Source: an uncultured Pseudomonadota bacterium
Lineage (GTDB): Bacteria; Pseudomonadota; Alphaproteobacteria; JACZXZ01
Assembly (NCBI GenBank): GCA_963749075.1
Contig: CAVVLJ010000016.1
Span: 1,056,001-1,120,000 of the forward strand
DNA: 64,000 nucleotides
Reading direction: 5' to 3'
In this document: one piece after another, positions 1-12,281 of the stretch
How the letters are laid out: the number at the start of each line of letters is the position of its first letter
Numbering within the stretch: the first letter of the stretch is position 1
Program-made: the position numbers and the translations under genes
The notes under the pieces: model-generated
What the model was told of the DNA's origin: nothing
Databases searched by the model: none
The model's input: only the letters and a program-made list of their open reading frames with translations

Positions 1-1294
<1,294 letters not shown>

Positions 1295-1316
1295 GGCCGT
1301 TTAGCCCTCGCCTCCG

Positions 1317-1976
1317 TCACTGGGTGCTCTGGAACAGCCGGTTCATGTCCTTGATCTCATCGCGGTTATACCCCTCGCGGTCCTTGGGCGCATCAGCTTT
1401 GGGGGCCGGTTGGCTCAATTGGTCGAACTCCTGCTTGGCAGCTATGCCCTCGCGCGTCTTGGCCGCGGCGTCGTTCACCGCCTGGGCGCCGCGGCGCTTG
1501 GCGCTCTCGGGGATGAGCTGCTCGATGAGGCGGGCGCCGCGCTCGATGATCGGCATGGTGCGCGCCTCGCGCACCCAGGAGGGGTACTGGTCAGCCGAGG
1601 TGAAGGCCCAGCCGAGCGCCAGATAGCCGAGGCAGACCACGACGGCCCCGCGCACCAGCCCGAAGACGAGCCCCAGCGACTTGTCGAGCGTGCTGAAGTT
1701 GCTCTGGTGCACGCGCCGGGCGATGACGTGGGTGATCGTCGAGAGGATGACGAGGACGATGACGAAGACGGTGACGCCGGCGGCACCATCGGCCAGCCAC
1801 GGCACGGCGATGAACTTGCGGAACCAGGGCGTCACCCAGCGGAAGACGTAGAGGGTGGCGAAGGCGGCTCCCACCCAGCCGGCGACGCCGAGCACCTCCT
1901 TGACGAAGCCGCGGATGAGCGCGAAGAGGCCGGAGACCAGGAGGATGACCAGGACGGCGATGTCGGTCGTGTTCAT
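1317..1976 (-). CDS. cvpA: CvpA family membrane protein (colicin V production)
   Basis: MNTTDIAVLVILLVSGLFALIRGFVKEVLG...DKSLGLVFGLVRG; radA-cvpA-purF synteny. Confidence 0.93.
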   Translation of the reverse strand: MNTTDIAVLVILLVSGLFALIRGFVKEVLGVAGWVGAAFATLYVFRWVTPWFRKFIAVPWLADGAAGVTVFVIVLVILSTITHVIARRVHQSNFSTLDKSLGLVFGLVRGAVVVCLGYLALGWAFTSADQYPSWVREARTMPIIERGARLIEQLIPESAKRRGAQAVNDAAAKTREGIAAKQEFDQLSQPAPKADAPKDREGYNRDEIKDMNRLFQSTQ

Positions 1977-1989
1977 GGCGCTGCCGTCA

Positions 1990-3426
1990 TCATGCGTTGA
2001 GCTCAGCACCCTTGGCGCGCGCCGGCTTGCCGGGGAGGCCGCCCGCCCCATCCTCGAAGAGCGCCAGAAGCTCGTGGAGCCGCCCCACTTCGGTGAGGCG
2101 CAGCCCTGCAGCACCAAGCGCCGCTGCGCCGGGGAGCGCTCCCTTGCGCGGCCGCGCCGGCACGATGGCGTGGCTGAAGCCGAGCTTGGCAGCCTCCTTG
2201 AGGCGCTGATCCATATGGTTCACCGGCCGCACCTCGCCCGAGAGGCCGATCTCTCCGAACACCACCGTCTCGGGCGGCACGGGCCTGTCGGTGTGCGATG
2301 AGGCGAGCGCTGCCGCGACCGCCAGGTCCGCCGCCGGCTCGGCGATGCGCAGTCCGCCCGCCACGTTCAAATAGACATCCCGGCCCACAAGAGCAAGGCC
2401 GCAGCGCGCCTCGAGCACGGCGAGCACCATGGCGAGCCGGCCGCCGTCCCAGCCGATCACGGCGCGCCGCGGCGTCGCCAGCGCCGAGGGTGCGACGAGC
2501 GCCTGGATCTCGACCAGCATGGGGCGGGTGCCCTCGATGCCGGCGAACACCGCCGAGCCGCTCACCGGCCGCTCGCGCTCCGAGAGGAAGAGGGCGGAAG
2601 GGTTGCTCACCTCGATGAGACCGCGGTCGGTCATCTCGAAGACGCCGATCTCGTCGGTCGGGCCGAAGCGGTTCTTGACCGCGCGCAGGATGCGGAACTG
2701 GTGGCCGCGCTCGCCCTCGAAATAGAGCACCGTGTCGACCATGTGCTCGAGCACGCGGGGGCCGGCGATCTGGCCCTCCTTGGTGACGTGGCCGACCATG
2801 AGCACGCTCGTCCCCCGGCGCTTGGCCACCCGGATGAGCTCCTGGGCCGAGGCGCGCACCTGGGCGACCGTGCCGGGCGCCGAGTCGAGGCTGTCGACAT
2901 ACATGGTCTGGATCGAGTCGATCACCGCGATGGCGGGACCGTCGGGCTGATCGAGGCAGGTCAGGATGTCGCGGATGCTGGTGGCGGCGGCAAGCTCGAC
3001 CGGTGCTGAGGCGAGGCCCATGCGCGCGGCGCGCATGCGCACCTGGTCGACCGCCTCCTCGCCCGAGATATAGACAGCACTGGCATCCTGGGCGAGGCGC
3101 GCGGTGGCCTGGAGCAGGAGGGTCGACTTGCCGATGCCGGGATCGCCGCCGACGAGCACGGCGGAGGCGGGTACTAAGCCGCCGCCGCACACGCGGTCGA
3201 ACTCGAGGATGCCGCTCGCGCGGCGCGGCAGTGCCGCTGCGGGGCCGTCCAGGCGCGCGAGCGCGAGCGCCCGGCCCTTGCCGCCGTCGAGACCGCGGGG
3301 GCTTGCCTCGCGTGCGAGCTCCTCGACGATGCTGTTCCAGGCGCCGCAAGCCTCGCAGCGGCCCTGCCAGCGCCGGTGGCTGGCACCGCATTCCTGGCAG
3401 ACATAACGGCTCTGCGGTTTGGCCAC
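1990..3426 (-). CDS. radA: DNA repair protein RadA/Sms
   Basis: C4 zinc finger CQECG...GRCEACG, Walker A GDPGIGKST, KNRFG motif. Confidence 0.97.
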   Translation of the reverse strand: MAKPQSRYVCQECGASHRRWQGRCEACGAWNSIVEELAREASPRGLDGGKGRALALARLDGPAAALPRRASGILEFDRVCGGGLVPASAVLVGGDPGIGKSTLLLQATARLAQDASAVYISGEEAVDQVRMRAARMGLASAPVELAAATSIRDILTCLDQPDGPAIAVIDSIQTMYVDSLDSAPGTVAQVRASAQELIRVAKRRGTSVLMVGHVTKEGQIAGPRVLEHMVDTVLYFEGERGHQFRILRAVKNRFGPTDEIGVFEMTDRGLIEVSNPSALFLSERERPVSGSAVFAGIEGTRPMLVEIQALVAPSALATPRRAVIGWDGGRLAMVLAVLEARCGLALVGRDVYLNVAGGLRIAEPAADLAVAAALASSHTDRPVPPETVVFGEIGLSGEVRPVNHMDQRLKEAAKLGFSHAIVPARPRKGALPGAAALGAAGLRLTEVGRLHELLALFEDGAGGLPGKPARAKGAELNA

Positions 3427-3464
3427 TTAAGCGCGACCTCCGAGGTGCTGCCGCCTCAGGCGGC

Positions 3465-4241
3465 TCACGCCCGCACCTCCATCTTGATCGGTCCCTCGGC
3501 GCGGCCGTTGATGAACTGGTCGAGGTAGGCGTTCTCGGCGTCCTCGAGCTCCGCCACCTTGCCGCTCCAGATGATCTTGCCGCCGTAGAGCATGGCGATG
3601 CGGTCGGCGATCTTGCGGGCACTCGCCATGTCGTGGGTGATGGAGAGCGCCGTCACCCCCAGCTCGCTCACGCATTTGCGGATGAGGTCGTTGATCACGT
3701 CGCCCATGATCGGGTCGAGGCCGGTCGTGGGCTCGTCGAAGAAGATGATCTCGGGGTCGGTGGCGATGGCGCGCGCGAGACCCACGCGCTTCTTCATGCC
3801 GCCCGAAAGCTCGGCGGGCGCAACCTCGGCCACCTCGGGCCCGAGCCCGACTTGCGCCAGCTTGCCGAGTGCGATCGCCTTGGCCTCCGCGCGCTTGAGG
3901 CCTTTGCCCTGGACCAGGCCGAAGGCGACGTTCTCCCACACCGGCAGGCTGTCGAAGAGGGCGGCACCCTGGAAGAGCATGCCGAACTTGCGCAGGATCG
4001 GCTCGCGCCGCTGCCAGCCGATCCCCACCACCTCCTCGCCGTCGACCTCGATCGAGCCGCGCTCCGGCTCGAGCAACCCGAGGATGCATTTGAGGGTCAC
4101 CGACTTGCCCGAGCCCGAGCCGCCGATCACCACCACCGACTCGGCGACGCCGATGTCGAGGTCGACTCCGGTCAGCACCTCCTTGGCGGCGAAGCGCTTG
4201 TGCACGTCTTTGAGGCGGATCTTCGGCCTGGCGCTGCTCAT
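3465..4241 (-). CDS. mlaF: Mla/Ttg2 ABC transporter ATP-binding protein
   Basis: GGSGSGKS, FQGAALFDSL, LSGGMKKRVGLARA, DEPTTGLDP. Confidence 0.92.
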   Translation of the reverse strand: MSSARPKIRLKDVHKRFAAKEVLTGVDLDIGVAESVVVIGGSGSGKSVTLKCILGLLEPERGSIEVDGEEVVGIGWQRREPILRKFGMLFQGAALFDSLPVWENVAFGLVQGKGLKRAEAKAIALGKLAQVGLGPEVAEVAPAELSGGMKKRVGLARAIATDPEIIFFDEPTTGLDPIMGDVINDLIRKCVSELGVTALSITHDMASARKIADRIAMLYGGKIIWSGKVAELEDAENAYLDQFINGRAEGPIKMEVRA

Positions 4242-4335
4242 GCGGAAAGGCTCGCTCCTCGGCTCGCCGCCGGTTCATTCGGGTGCCGCCGATTATGCGC
4301 CGCTCGAGAGCCCCGGGACAAGCGCGGCTCTCGCC

Positions 4336-5115
4336 TCAGGTGCCGAAGAACATCGCGGTCAGCACGTAATTGAAGGCGAAGATGAGGGCCGAGGCCGAGA
4401 CCACGGCGTTGGTCGTGGCGGCACCCACGCCCTCGGCGCCGCCCTTGGAATGATAGCCGTGGTAGCAGCCCATGAGCGCTATGAGAAAGCCGAAGACGCC
4501 GGCCTTCACCAGTCCCGAGACCACGTCGAGGGTCTTGAGGTCGTCCCAGGTCAGCTTGATGTAGTTGGCCGGGTTGAAGCCGAGCTTGTGGACGCCGACG
4601 ATGTAGCCGCCGAACACGCCGATGATGTCGGCGACGAAGACGAGGCAGGGCAGCATGGCAAAGCCGGCGACGAGGCGCGGCACCACGAGATACTTGAAGG
4701 GGTCGGTCGAGAGCGTCACCAGCGCGTCGATCTGCTCGGTCACCCGCATGGTGCCGATCTCGGCGGCCATGGCGGCACCGACGCGCCCCGCCACCATGAG
4801 GCCGGCGAGCACGGGGGCGAGCTCGCGCGTAATGGCGAGCACGACCACGGTCGGGATCGCCCCCTCGGCATTGAAGCGCGTGAAGCCGGTGTAGCTCTGC
4901 AGCGCCAGCACCATGCCGGTGAAGATCGCGGTCAAGCCCACGACCGGCAGCGAGAAGTAGCCGATCTGGACCATCTGCTGGCCGATGAGGCGCAGGAAGA
5001 AGGGCGGCCGGATGCAGTGGGAGAGGGCGATGCCGGTGAAGAGGGTGAGGCGGCCCGCCACCGCGAGGAAGGCGAGGGCGACGCGTCCGATCGGGGCCAG
5101 GACGGCTGAAATCAC
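4336..5115 (-). CDS. mlaE: MlaE family lipid-asymmetry ABC permease
   Basis: RELAPVLAGLMVAGRVGAAMAAEIGTMRVTEQIDAL...GAEGVGAATT. Confidence 0.93.
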   Translation of the reverse strand: MISAVLAPIGRVALAFLAVAGRLTLFTGIALSHCIRPPFFLRLIGQQMVQIGYFSLPVVGLTAIFTGMVLALQSYTGFTRFNAEGAIPTVVVLAITRELAPVLAGLMVAGRVGAAMAAEIGTMRVTEQIDALVTLSTDPFKYLVVPRLVAGFAMLPCLVFVADIIGVFGGYIVGVHKLGFNPANYIKLTWDDLKTLDVVSGLVKAGVFGFLIALMGCYHGYHSKGGAEGVGAATTNAVVSASALIFAFNYVLTAMFFGT

Positions 5116-5461
5116 CGCTCAAGCCCCGCGGGCGGCCGGCTGATCGGCGGTATCGGGCGCGAAGCGAGCCATTCCCAAGCGGTCCCCGAGAGGTGCAAGG
5201 CATTCCTTGCGGCATCGCCGCCGCGGCCAAAATCAGCCGCCACCACGACCGACGCCGACCGCCGGGAGAGGCGCGGCGGCCGGCGTCCGGTGAGGCCCGC
5301 ACGATAGCCAACGGCCCTCTCAGTGTCAACGCGGGCCGCGGCGGATTTGGACTGCGGGGACAACGGGTTGCGCAATCGGGCGGGTAAACGGCGCGTTTCC
5401 CGTTCCGCTTTGCGGCGCCGTCTCATACGATGGGCTGGCCCGTGAGGAGGAGGCAGCACCG

Positions 5462-7909
5462 GTGCCCAAGAGCCTGCCCAGCCATGCCCGCGTCGTCGTC
5501 ATCGGCGGCGGGGCCGTCGGCTGCTCGATCGCCTATCACCTGACCAAGCTCGGCTGGCAGGACGTGGTCCTCCTCGAGCGCAAGCGGCTCACGAGCGGCA
5601 CCACCTGGCATGCCGCCGGGCTCATCGGGCAACTGCGCGCCACGCTCAACATGACGCGGCTCGCGCAATATACCGCCGGGCTCTATGCCGGGCTCGAGGC
5701 GGAGACCGGCCAGGCGACCGGCTGGAAGCAGCGCGGCAGCATCGCCATCGCCGCCACCCCCGGCCGCTTCGAGGAGCTCCTACGCGGCGCCTCGATGGCC
5801 AAGACCTTCGGCCTAGAGGTGCATGAGGTCGGCCGTGACGAGATCAAGCGCCATTGGCCGCTGCTCGACGTGAGCGACGTGGTGGGCGGGGTCTTCCTCC
5901 CCAAGGACGGCCAGACCAACCCGGTCGATACCACCGTGGCGCTCGCCAAAGGCGCCGCGATGCGCGGCGCGCAAATCTTCGAGGAGACGAAGGTGAGCGC
6001 CATTCTCCGCGAGCGGGGCCGTGCCGCAGGCGTCGCGACCGAGCGCGGCGAGATCAGGGCCGAGCACGTTGTTATCGCAACGGGCATGTGGTCGCGCGTG
6101 CTGGGTGCGAGTTGCGGCGTCAATATCCCGCTCCAGGCCTGCGAGCATTTCTATGTGGTGACCGAGGATTTCCCCGAGCTCGCGCCGACGCTCCCGGTGC
6201 TCCGCGACCCCGACCATTGCGCCTACTTCAAGGAGGACGCCGGCAAGCTCCTCTTCGGCGCCTTCGAGCCCAAGGCCAAGCCCTGGGCGGTGGACGGCAT
6301 TCCCGAGGATTTCGAGTTCGGCGAGCTTCCCGAGGATTTCGACCATTTCCAGCCCATCCTCGAGGCGGCGATGCGGCGGTTGCCGGCGCTCGAGCGCGTC
6401 GGCATCCGCAAATTCTTCAACGGCCCCGAGAGCTTCACGCCCGACGTGCGCTATATGCTCGGCGAGGCGCCCGAGCTCCCCGGCCTCTTCGTCGCCGCCG
6501 GCTTCAACTCGACGGGCATCCAGTCCGCGGGCGGGGCAGGGAAGGTGCTCGCCGAGTGGATCGTCGGCGGCCATCCGCCGATGGACTTGTGGGACGTGGA
6601 CATCAGGCGCATGCAGCCCTTCCAGGGCAACCGGCGCTATCTCGCCGAGCGCGTCTCCGAGTCCTTGGGCCTCCTCTACGCCATGCACTGGCCCTACCGC
6701 CAGTACGAGACGGCGCGCGGCGCGCGCCTGACGCCGCTCTACGCGCGGCTCAAGGAGTACCACGCCTGCTTCGGCGAGACGGCGGGCTGGGAGCGCGCCA
6801 ACTGGTTCGCCACCGACGGCGTGGCACCGCGCTACGAATACAGCTACGGGCGGCAGAACTGGTTCGCCGAGGCGGCGGCCGAGCACAAGGCGGCGCGCGA
6901 GACGGTGGCACTCTTCGACCAGTCGAGCTTCGCCAAGTTCCTCGTCGAGGGCAGAGATGCCGAAGCTCTGCTCCAGCGCCTCTCCGCCAACGACGTAGCC
7001 ACCCCGCCCGGCCGCGTCGTCTATACCCAGTGGCTCAACGAGCGCGGCGGCATCGAGGCCGATCTCACGGTCGCGCGCCTCTCCGAGACGAGCTACATGG
7101 TGGTGACGGCGACCGCCACCGGCGTGCGCGACCTCAACTGGCTCAAGCGCCACATCCCGGAGGGCGCCCAAGCCCTCGCGACCGACGTGACCTCGGGCTA
7201 CGCCATGCTGAGCCTGATGGGCCCGGCGAGCCGCGCGCTCCTCGAGGCACTCTCGGGCGAGGACCTCTCGAACGGCAGCTTCCCCTTCGGCAGCACGCGC
7301 GAGCTCGAGATCGGCTACGCCAGGGTGCGCGCCCAGCGCATCACCTATGTGGGCGAGCTCGGCTGGGAGCTTTATATGGGAAGCGAGTTCGCGGTCGGCG
7401 TCTTCGACGCCATCATGGCAGCAGGTCCCCCCTTCGGCCTGCGCCTCGCCGGCATGCATGCAATGGACTCCTGCCGCATGGAGAAGGCGTACCGAAGCTG
7501 GGGCCACGACATCTCGGACGAGGATACGCCCATCGAGGCGGGCCTCATGTTCGCGGTCAAGCTCGACAAGAACCTCGACTTCATCGGCCGCGAGGCGCTC
7601 CTGCGCGCGCGCGAGCAGCGCACGACCAAGCGGCTCCTCCAGCTCGCCCTCCAGGATCCCAAGCCGCTCCTCTACCACAACGAGCCCATCTTGTGCTGTG
7701 GCCGCATCGCCGGCCGCACCACCTCGGGCGCCTACGGCCATCACCTCGGCCGCGCCATAGCCCTCGGCTACGTACACGACGAAGGCGGCGTCGACGCGCA
7801 TTACGTGGCGAGCGGCAAGTTCGAGATCGAGGTCGCGGGCAAGCGCCATGCCGCCATCGCGAGCTTGGCACCGATGTACGATCCGAAGGGGCTGCGGATA
7901 AAAGCCTGA
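5462..7909 (+). CDS. GcvT-fused FAD-dependent oxidoreductase (dimethylglycine/sarcosine dehydrogenase family)
   Basis: GGGAVG FAD motif, GTTWHAAG, NGPESFTPD, C-terminal GcvT domain (TYVGELGWEL, RMEKAY); 815 aa. Confidence 0.9.
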   Translation: MPKSLPSHARVVVIGGGAVGCSIAYHLTKLGWQDVVLLERKRLTSGTTWHAAGLIGQLRATLNMTRLAQYTAGLYAGLEAETGQATGWKQRGSIAIAATPGRFEELLRGASMAKTFGLEVHEVGRDEIKRHWPLLDVSDVVGGVFLPKDGQTNPVDTTVALAKGAAMRGAQIFEETKVSAILRERGRAAGVATERGEIRAEHVVIATGMWSRVLGASCGVNIPLQACEHFYVVTEDFPELAPTLPVLRDPDHCAYFKEDAGKLLFGAFEPKAKPWAVDGIPEDFEFGELPEDFDHFQPILEAAMRRLPALERVGIRKFFNGPESFTPDVRYMLGEAPELPGLFVAAGFNSTGIQSAGGAGKVLAEWIVGGHPPMDLWDVDIRRMQPFQGNRRYLAERVSESLGLLYAMHWPYRQYETARGARLTPLYARLKEYHACFGETAGWERANWFATDGVAPRYEYSYGRQNWFAEAAAEHKAARETVALFDQSSFAKFLVEGRDAEALLQRLSANDVATPPGRVVYTQWLNERGGIEADLTVARLSETSYMVVTATATGVRDLNWLKRHIPEGAQALATDVTSGYAMLSLMGPASRALLEALSGEDLSNGSFPFGSTRELEIGYARVRAQRITYVGELGWELYMGSEFAVGVFDAIMAAGPPFGLRLAGMHAMDSCRMEKAYRSWGHDISDEDTPIEAGLMFAVKLDKNLDFIGREALLRAREQRTTKRLLQLALQDPKPLLYHNEPILCCGRIAGRTTSGAYGHHLGRAIALGYVHDEGGVDAHYVASGKFEIEVAGKRHAAIASLAPMYDPKGLRIKA

Positions 7910-7919
7910 GCGCCGCCGT

Positions 7920-8007
7920 CCCTCACCCTTCCCATCGCTTGCGCGATGGGCCCCTTCCCTCTCCCGCAAGCGGGAGAGGGTGGCGAGCGCAGCGAGCCGG
8001 GTGAGGG
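7920..8007. repeat. REP/RIME-like palindromic intergenic element
   Basis: CCCTCACCC...CCCTCTCCCGCAAGCGGGAGAGGG...GGGTGAGGG nested hairpins between convergent genes; related to 16443-16519. Confidence 0.8.
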
Positions 8008-8018
8008 AGGGCTCCGCC

Positions 8019-9515
8019 CTACCGCATCGTCGGCATGACGTACTCCGCACCCTTGCGGATGCCGGTCGGCCAGCGCGAGGTGACGGTCTTGAGCCGCGTA
8101 TAGAAGCGCACGCCCTCGGCGCCGTGCACGTAATGGTCGCCGAAGAGCGAGCGCTTCCAGCCGCCGAAGGAGTGGAAGGCCATGGGCACGGGGATCGGTA
8201 CGTTGATGCCGACCATGCCGATCCTGGCGCGCGCCGCGAAGTCGCGCGCGGCGTCGCCGTCGCGGGTGAAGATGGCCGTGCCGTTGCCGTACTCGTGGGC
8301 ATTCACAAGGCCGAGCGCCTCCTCGTAGCTCGTGCTGCGCACGACCGCGAGGACGGGTCCGAAGATCTCCTCCCGGTAGATGCGCATCTCCGGCTTGACC
8401 GCGTCGAAGAGGCAGCCGCCGATGAAATAGCCGTTCTCGTAGCCTTGCAGCTTGAGGCCGCGGCCGTCGACCGCGAGCTTGGCCCCCTCCTTGATGCCGA
8501 GGTCGACGTAGCCCTTGACGCGCTCATAGGCCTCCCTGGTGACGAGCGGGCCCATCTCGGCCTCGGGGTCCGTATAGGGGCCGATCTTGAGCCCGCGCAC
8601 GCGCGGTGCGAGCTTCGCCATGAGGGCATCGCCGGCACCGGCGACGGCGACCGCGACGGCGACCGCCATGCAGCGCTCGCCCGCCGAGCCGTAGGCGGCA
8701 CCCATGAGCGCGTCCGTCGCCTGCTCCATGTCGGCGTCCGGCAGCACGATCATGTGGTTCTTGGCACCGCCCAGCGCCTGCACGCGCTTATTGTGCGCGG
8801 TGCCGGTGTGATAGACGTATTCGGCGATGCGCGTCGAGCCGACGAAGCTCACCGCCTCGATGCCGGGGTGTGCGAGGATGGCGTCGACCGCCTCCTTGTC
8901 GCCGTTCACCACGTTGAGCACGCCGGGAGGCGCTCCCGCCTCGAGGAGGAGCTCGGCCAAAAGGAGCGGTGCCGTGGGATCGCGCTCGGAGGGCTTGAGC
9001 ACGAAGCAGTTGCCGCAGGCGACCGCCACCGGGAACATCCACATCGGCACCATGGCGGGAAAGTTGAAGGGTGTGATGCCGGCCACGACGCCGAGCGGCT
9101 GGCGCAGCGAATAGCTGTCGACGTTGGTGCCGACGTTCTCGCTGTACTCGCCCTTCAAGAGATGCGGGATGCCGCAGGCGAACTCGACGACCTCGATGCC
9201 GCGCGTCACCTCGCCGGTGGCGTCGGCCAGCACCTTGCCGTGCTCGCTGCCGATGATGCGCGCGAGCCGCTCGCGGTTCCGCTCGAGGAGCTCCTTGTAC
9301 TTGAAGAAGACGCGCGCGCGGACGAGCGGCGGCGTGGCCGCCCACTTCGGGAAGGCGGCCTTGCCGCTCTCTACGGCCGCATCGACCTCGGCAGCGCTCG
9401 CGAGCGGCACGCGCGCACTCGCCTCGCCGATGGCAGGGTTGAAGACATCGGCGAAACGCCCGCTCTTGCCCACCACGCTCTTGCCGCCGATGAAGTGATG
9501 GAGCTCGCTCGCCAT
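8019..9515 (-). CDS. mmsA: CoA-acylating (methyl)malonate-semialdehyde dehydrogenase
   Basis: [35 protein letters not shown]; start [11 protein letters not shown]. Confidence 0.93.
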   Translation of the reverse strand: MASELHHFIGGKSVVGKSGRFADVFNPAIGEASARVPLASAAEVDAAVESGKAAFPKWAATPPLVRARVFFKYKELLERNRERLARIIGSEHGKVLADATGEVTRGIEVVEFACGIPHLLKGEYSENVGTNVDSYSLRQPLGVVAGITPFNFPAMVPMWMFPVAVACGNCFVLKPSERDPTAPLLLAELLLEAGAPPGVLNVVNGDKEAVDAILAHPGIEAVSFVGSTRIAEYVYHTGTAHNKRVQALGGAKNHMIVLPDADMEQATDALMGAAYGSAGERCMAVAVAVAVAGAGDALMAKLAPRVRGLKIGPYTDPEAEMGPLVTREAYERVKGYVDLGIKEGAKLAVDGRGLKLQGYENGYFIGGCLFDAVKPEMRIYREEIFGPVLAVVRSTSYEEALGLVNAHEYGNGTAIFTRDGDAARDFAARARIGMVGINVPIPVPMAFHSFGGWKRSLFGDHYVHGAEGVRFYTRLKTVTSRWPTGIRKGAEYVMPTMR

Positions 9516-9644
9516 GGCGTCCTCCCGGGAAAGTGCGTCCTTCGGCGCCACTCTAAGCGCGATCCCGGCCAAGGCCAACAGGAGAGCCTCGCGCGCTTGT
9601 GCCAGGTCATTGCCAGGGCGAGGGCGCGGCCGGAGAATAGGGTC

Positions 9645-11406
9645 ATGGAGAAGGCGAGCAAGGCAGCGTCCGTGCCGGCGGCCGCAACGCTGAGCAACGC
9701 GAGGATCGCGGAGGAGCTCTTGCGCCTTGCCGAGCTTCTCGAGATCGGCGGCGCCAATCCCTTTCGCGTGCGCGCCTACCGCAATGCGGCGCGCACGGTC
9801 GAGAACCTGCCCGAGAGCGTGGGTGCGATGCTCGCGGCGGGGCGCGATCTCGCCGAGCTCCCGGGCATCGGCAAGGACCTCGCCCAGAAGATCGCGGAGC
9901 TCTCGAAGAGCGGCCACCTCAAGCTCCTCGAGGAGGTGGAGGAGACGTTGCCGCCGGCGCTCGTCGAGATGGCCAAGCTCCCCGGCCTCGGCCCCAAGCG
10001 CATCAAGCTCATCTACGACAGGCTCAAGATCGCGAGCCTGGACGAGCTCGCCAAGGCCGCTGCCGCCGGCCGGCTCGCGGCACTTCCGGGCCTCGGCGCC
10101 AAGACCCAGGCGAAGCTCCTCGAGGCGCTCGCGGCGCGCCGTCCGGGCCCAGAGCGCATCAGGCTCGCCGCCGCCGAGGAGAGTGCCGAGGCGCTCCTCG
10201 CCTATCTCAAGGACAGCCCGGGCGTGCGCCGGGCGATCATCGCCGGCAGCTATCGGCGGCGCAAGGAGACGGTGGGCGACATCGACATCCTGGTGACGAG
10301 CGCCAAGGGCACCGCAGTGATCGAGCGCTTCGCCGCCTATCCGGAGGTGAGGGACGTGCTCGCCAAAGGGCCGACGCGCTCGACCGTCGTGCTGGAGTTC
10401 TGGGCTGCAGGTCGATCTGCGCGTGGTGGCGGAGGAGAGCTACGGCGCCGCCCTCCATTACTTCACCGGCTCCAAGGATCACAACATAGCACTGCGCCGA
10501 ATGGCTCAGGCGAAGGGCCTCAAGATCAACGAGTACGGAGTCTTCCGCGGCGAGAGGCGCATCGCCGGCCGCACGGAGGAGGAGCTCTACGCGCTCTTCA
10601 AGCTCTCCTACATCGAGCCCGAGCTCAGGGAGAACCGCGGTGAGATCGAGGCGGCGCGGGCGGGGACGCTGCCGCACCTCGTGACACTCGCCGACATGCG
10701 GGGCGACCTCCACGTCCACACCAGGGCCTCCGACGGCAACGCCACCATCGCCGAGCTCGCCGCGGCGGCGCGCGCGCGCGGCTACGCCTATCTCGCCATG
10801 TCCGACCACAGCCAACGCCTGACCGTGGCGCACGGGCTCGATGCCAGGCGGCTCGGCCGGCAGATCGACGAGATCGAGAAGCTCAACGCCACGCTCAAGG
10901 GGATGCGCATCCTCAAGGCGGTCGAGGTCGACATTCTTGAGGACGGCAGCCTCGATCTCCCGGATAGCATCCTCGAGAAGCTCGACTTCGCCATCGGCGC
11001 CGTGCATTCCCATTTCGAGCTCTCCGCCGCGCGGCAGACCGAGCGCTTGATGCGCGCCATGGACAACCGCAACCTCTCATTCGTCGCGCATCCGACCGGC
11101 CGCCTCATCGGCGGGCGCGAGGCATATGCCGTCGAGATCGAGCGCCTCGTGGCGGCGGCCAAGGAGCGCGGCTGCTTCTTCGAGATCAACGCCCAGCCCG
11201 AGCGGCTCGATCTCAACGACAGCCACGCGCGCCTCGCCAAGGAGGCGGGCGTCAAGCTCGCGGTCAATACGGATGCCCACAACGTGCACCAGCTCGATTT
11301 CATGCGCTACGGCATAGACGTGGCGCGGCGCGGCTGGCTCGAGCGCAATGACGTGCTCAATGCGCGTCCGTGGGCCGAGCTGCGCCGCCTCCTCAAGCGG
11401 CGCTGA
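9645..11406 (+). CDS. polX: DNA polymerase X with PHP 3'-5' exonuclease domain (+1 frameshift near 10398, probably sequencing error)
   Basis: [41 protein letters not shown] motifs GDLHVHT/SDHS/AHPTGR/NTDAH; split over ORFs 7980..10643 and 10423..11406. Confidence 0.9.
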
Positions 11407-11436
11407 CGCTCCCGATTTCGCACGAGGCCAAAATCC

Positions 11437-12154
11437 ATGTCGCTGCAAGATTTCAGGCTGCTCAGCTTCGACGTGATGGGCACGCTGATCGACTACGAGA
11501 GGGGGATCGTGAGCTATATCCGGCAATGCGCCGGGAGCGCGGCGCCGCGGCTGAGCGACCGGGACATTCTCGAGGCTTGCGCACGCGCCGAGGAGGCGGC
11601 GCAGAAGGCAATGCCCCACATGCCCTTCACGCGCCTCCTGGCGCCGATCTATGAGGGGATGGCCGGCGAGCTCGGCCTTGAGGCCGGGCGCGACGCGGCC
11701 GAGGGGTTGCGCAGCTCGGTCGCAGAGTGGCCGGCCTTTCCCGATTCTCGTCGCGGCCTTGAGGCGGCTTCGCGCGCGCTTCCGCCTGGTCGCGCTCACC
11801 AATGCGGACAACCGCGCGCTCGATCTCATGGCGCGCACGCTCGGCGATCCCTTCGACGACCGCGTGACCGCCGAGGACGTCGGCGTCTCGAAGCCCGATC
11901 CGCAAGTCTTCGCCTATTGCCGCGGCCGGCAGGGCGCCGCGGGCTATGGCCTCGCGGACTGGCTCCACGTGGCGCAGAGCCAGTACCACGACATCGGCGC
12001 CGCCAAGGCGCTCGGCTTCACCGTCGCCTGGATCGAGCGCCGCAAGGGGCAGGAAGGCGCCGGCGCCACGCCCCTGGCGGCGGACCCGGTTGAGCCCGAT
12101 TACCACTTCGCCTCGCTCGCCGAGCTCGCGGACGCGGTCGAAGGGAATGCCTGA
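11437..12154 (+). CDS. HAD family hydrolase (type II haloacid dehalogenase-like), +1 frameshift near 11746
   Basis: FDVMGTLIDYE...WPAFPD in one frame, then LTNAD, SKPDP, LHVAQSQYHDI in the next. Confidence 0.85.
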
Positions 12155-12164
12155 CGTTTTTAAG

Positions 12165-12267
12165 CCCCACCCCCACCCCAACCCTCCCCCTTCAAGGGGG
12201 AGGCGGAAGACTTTCAGGTCGTTCACAGTGCCCCTCCCCCCTTGAGGGGGAGGGCAGGGGAGGGGGG
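12165..12267. repeat. REP-like palindrome pair (CCCTCCCCCTTNAGGGGGAGG type)
   Basis: Two inverted copies of the CCCTCCCCC-TTCA/TTGA-GGGGGAGG hairpin between convergent genes; same family as 55594-55677. Confidence 0.8.
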
Positions 12268-12281
12268 TGCCAATGCAGCCC

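Noticed and set aside
7980-10643. 887 aa ORF with PolX C-terminal part
   Set aside because: The first 555 or so residues are the antisense shadow of mmsA; PolX starts at 9645.
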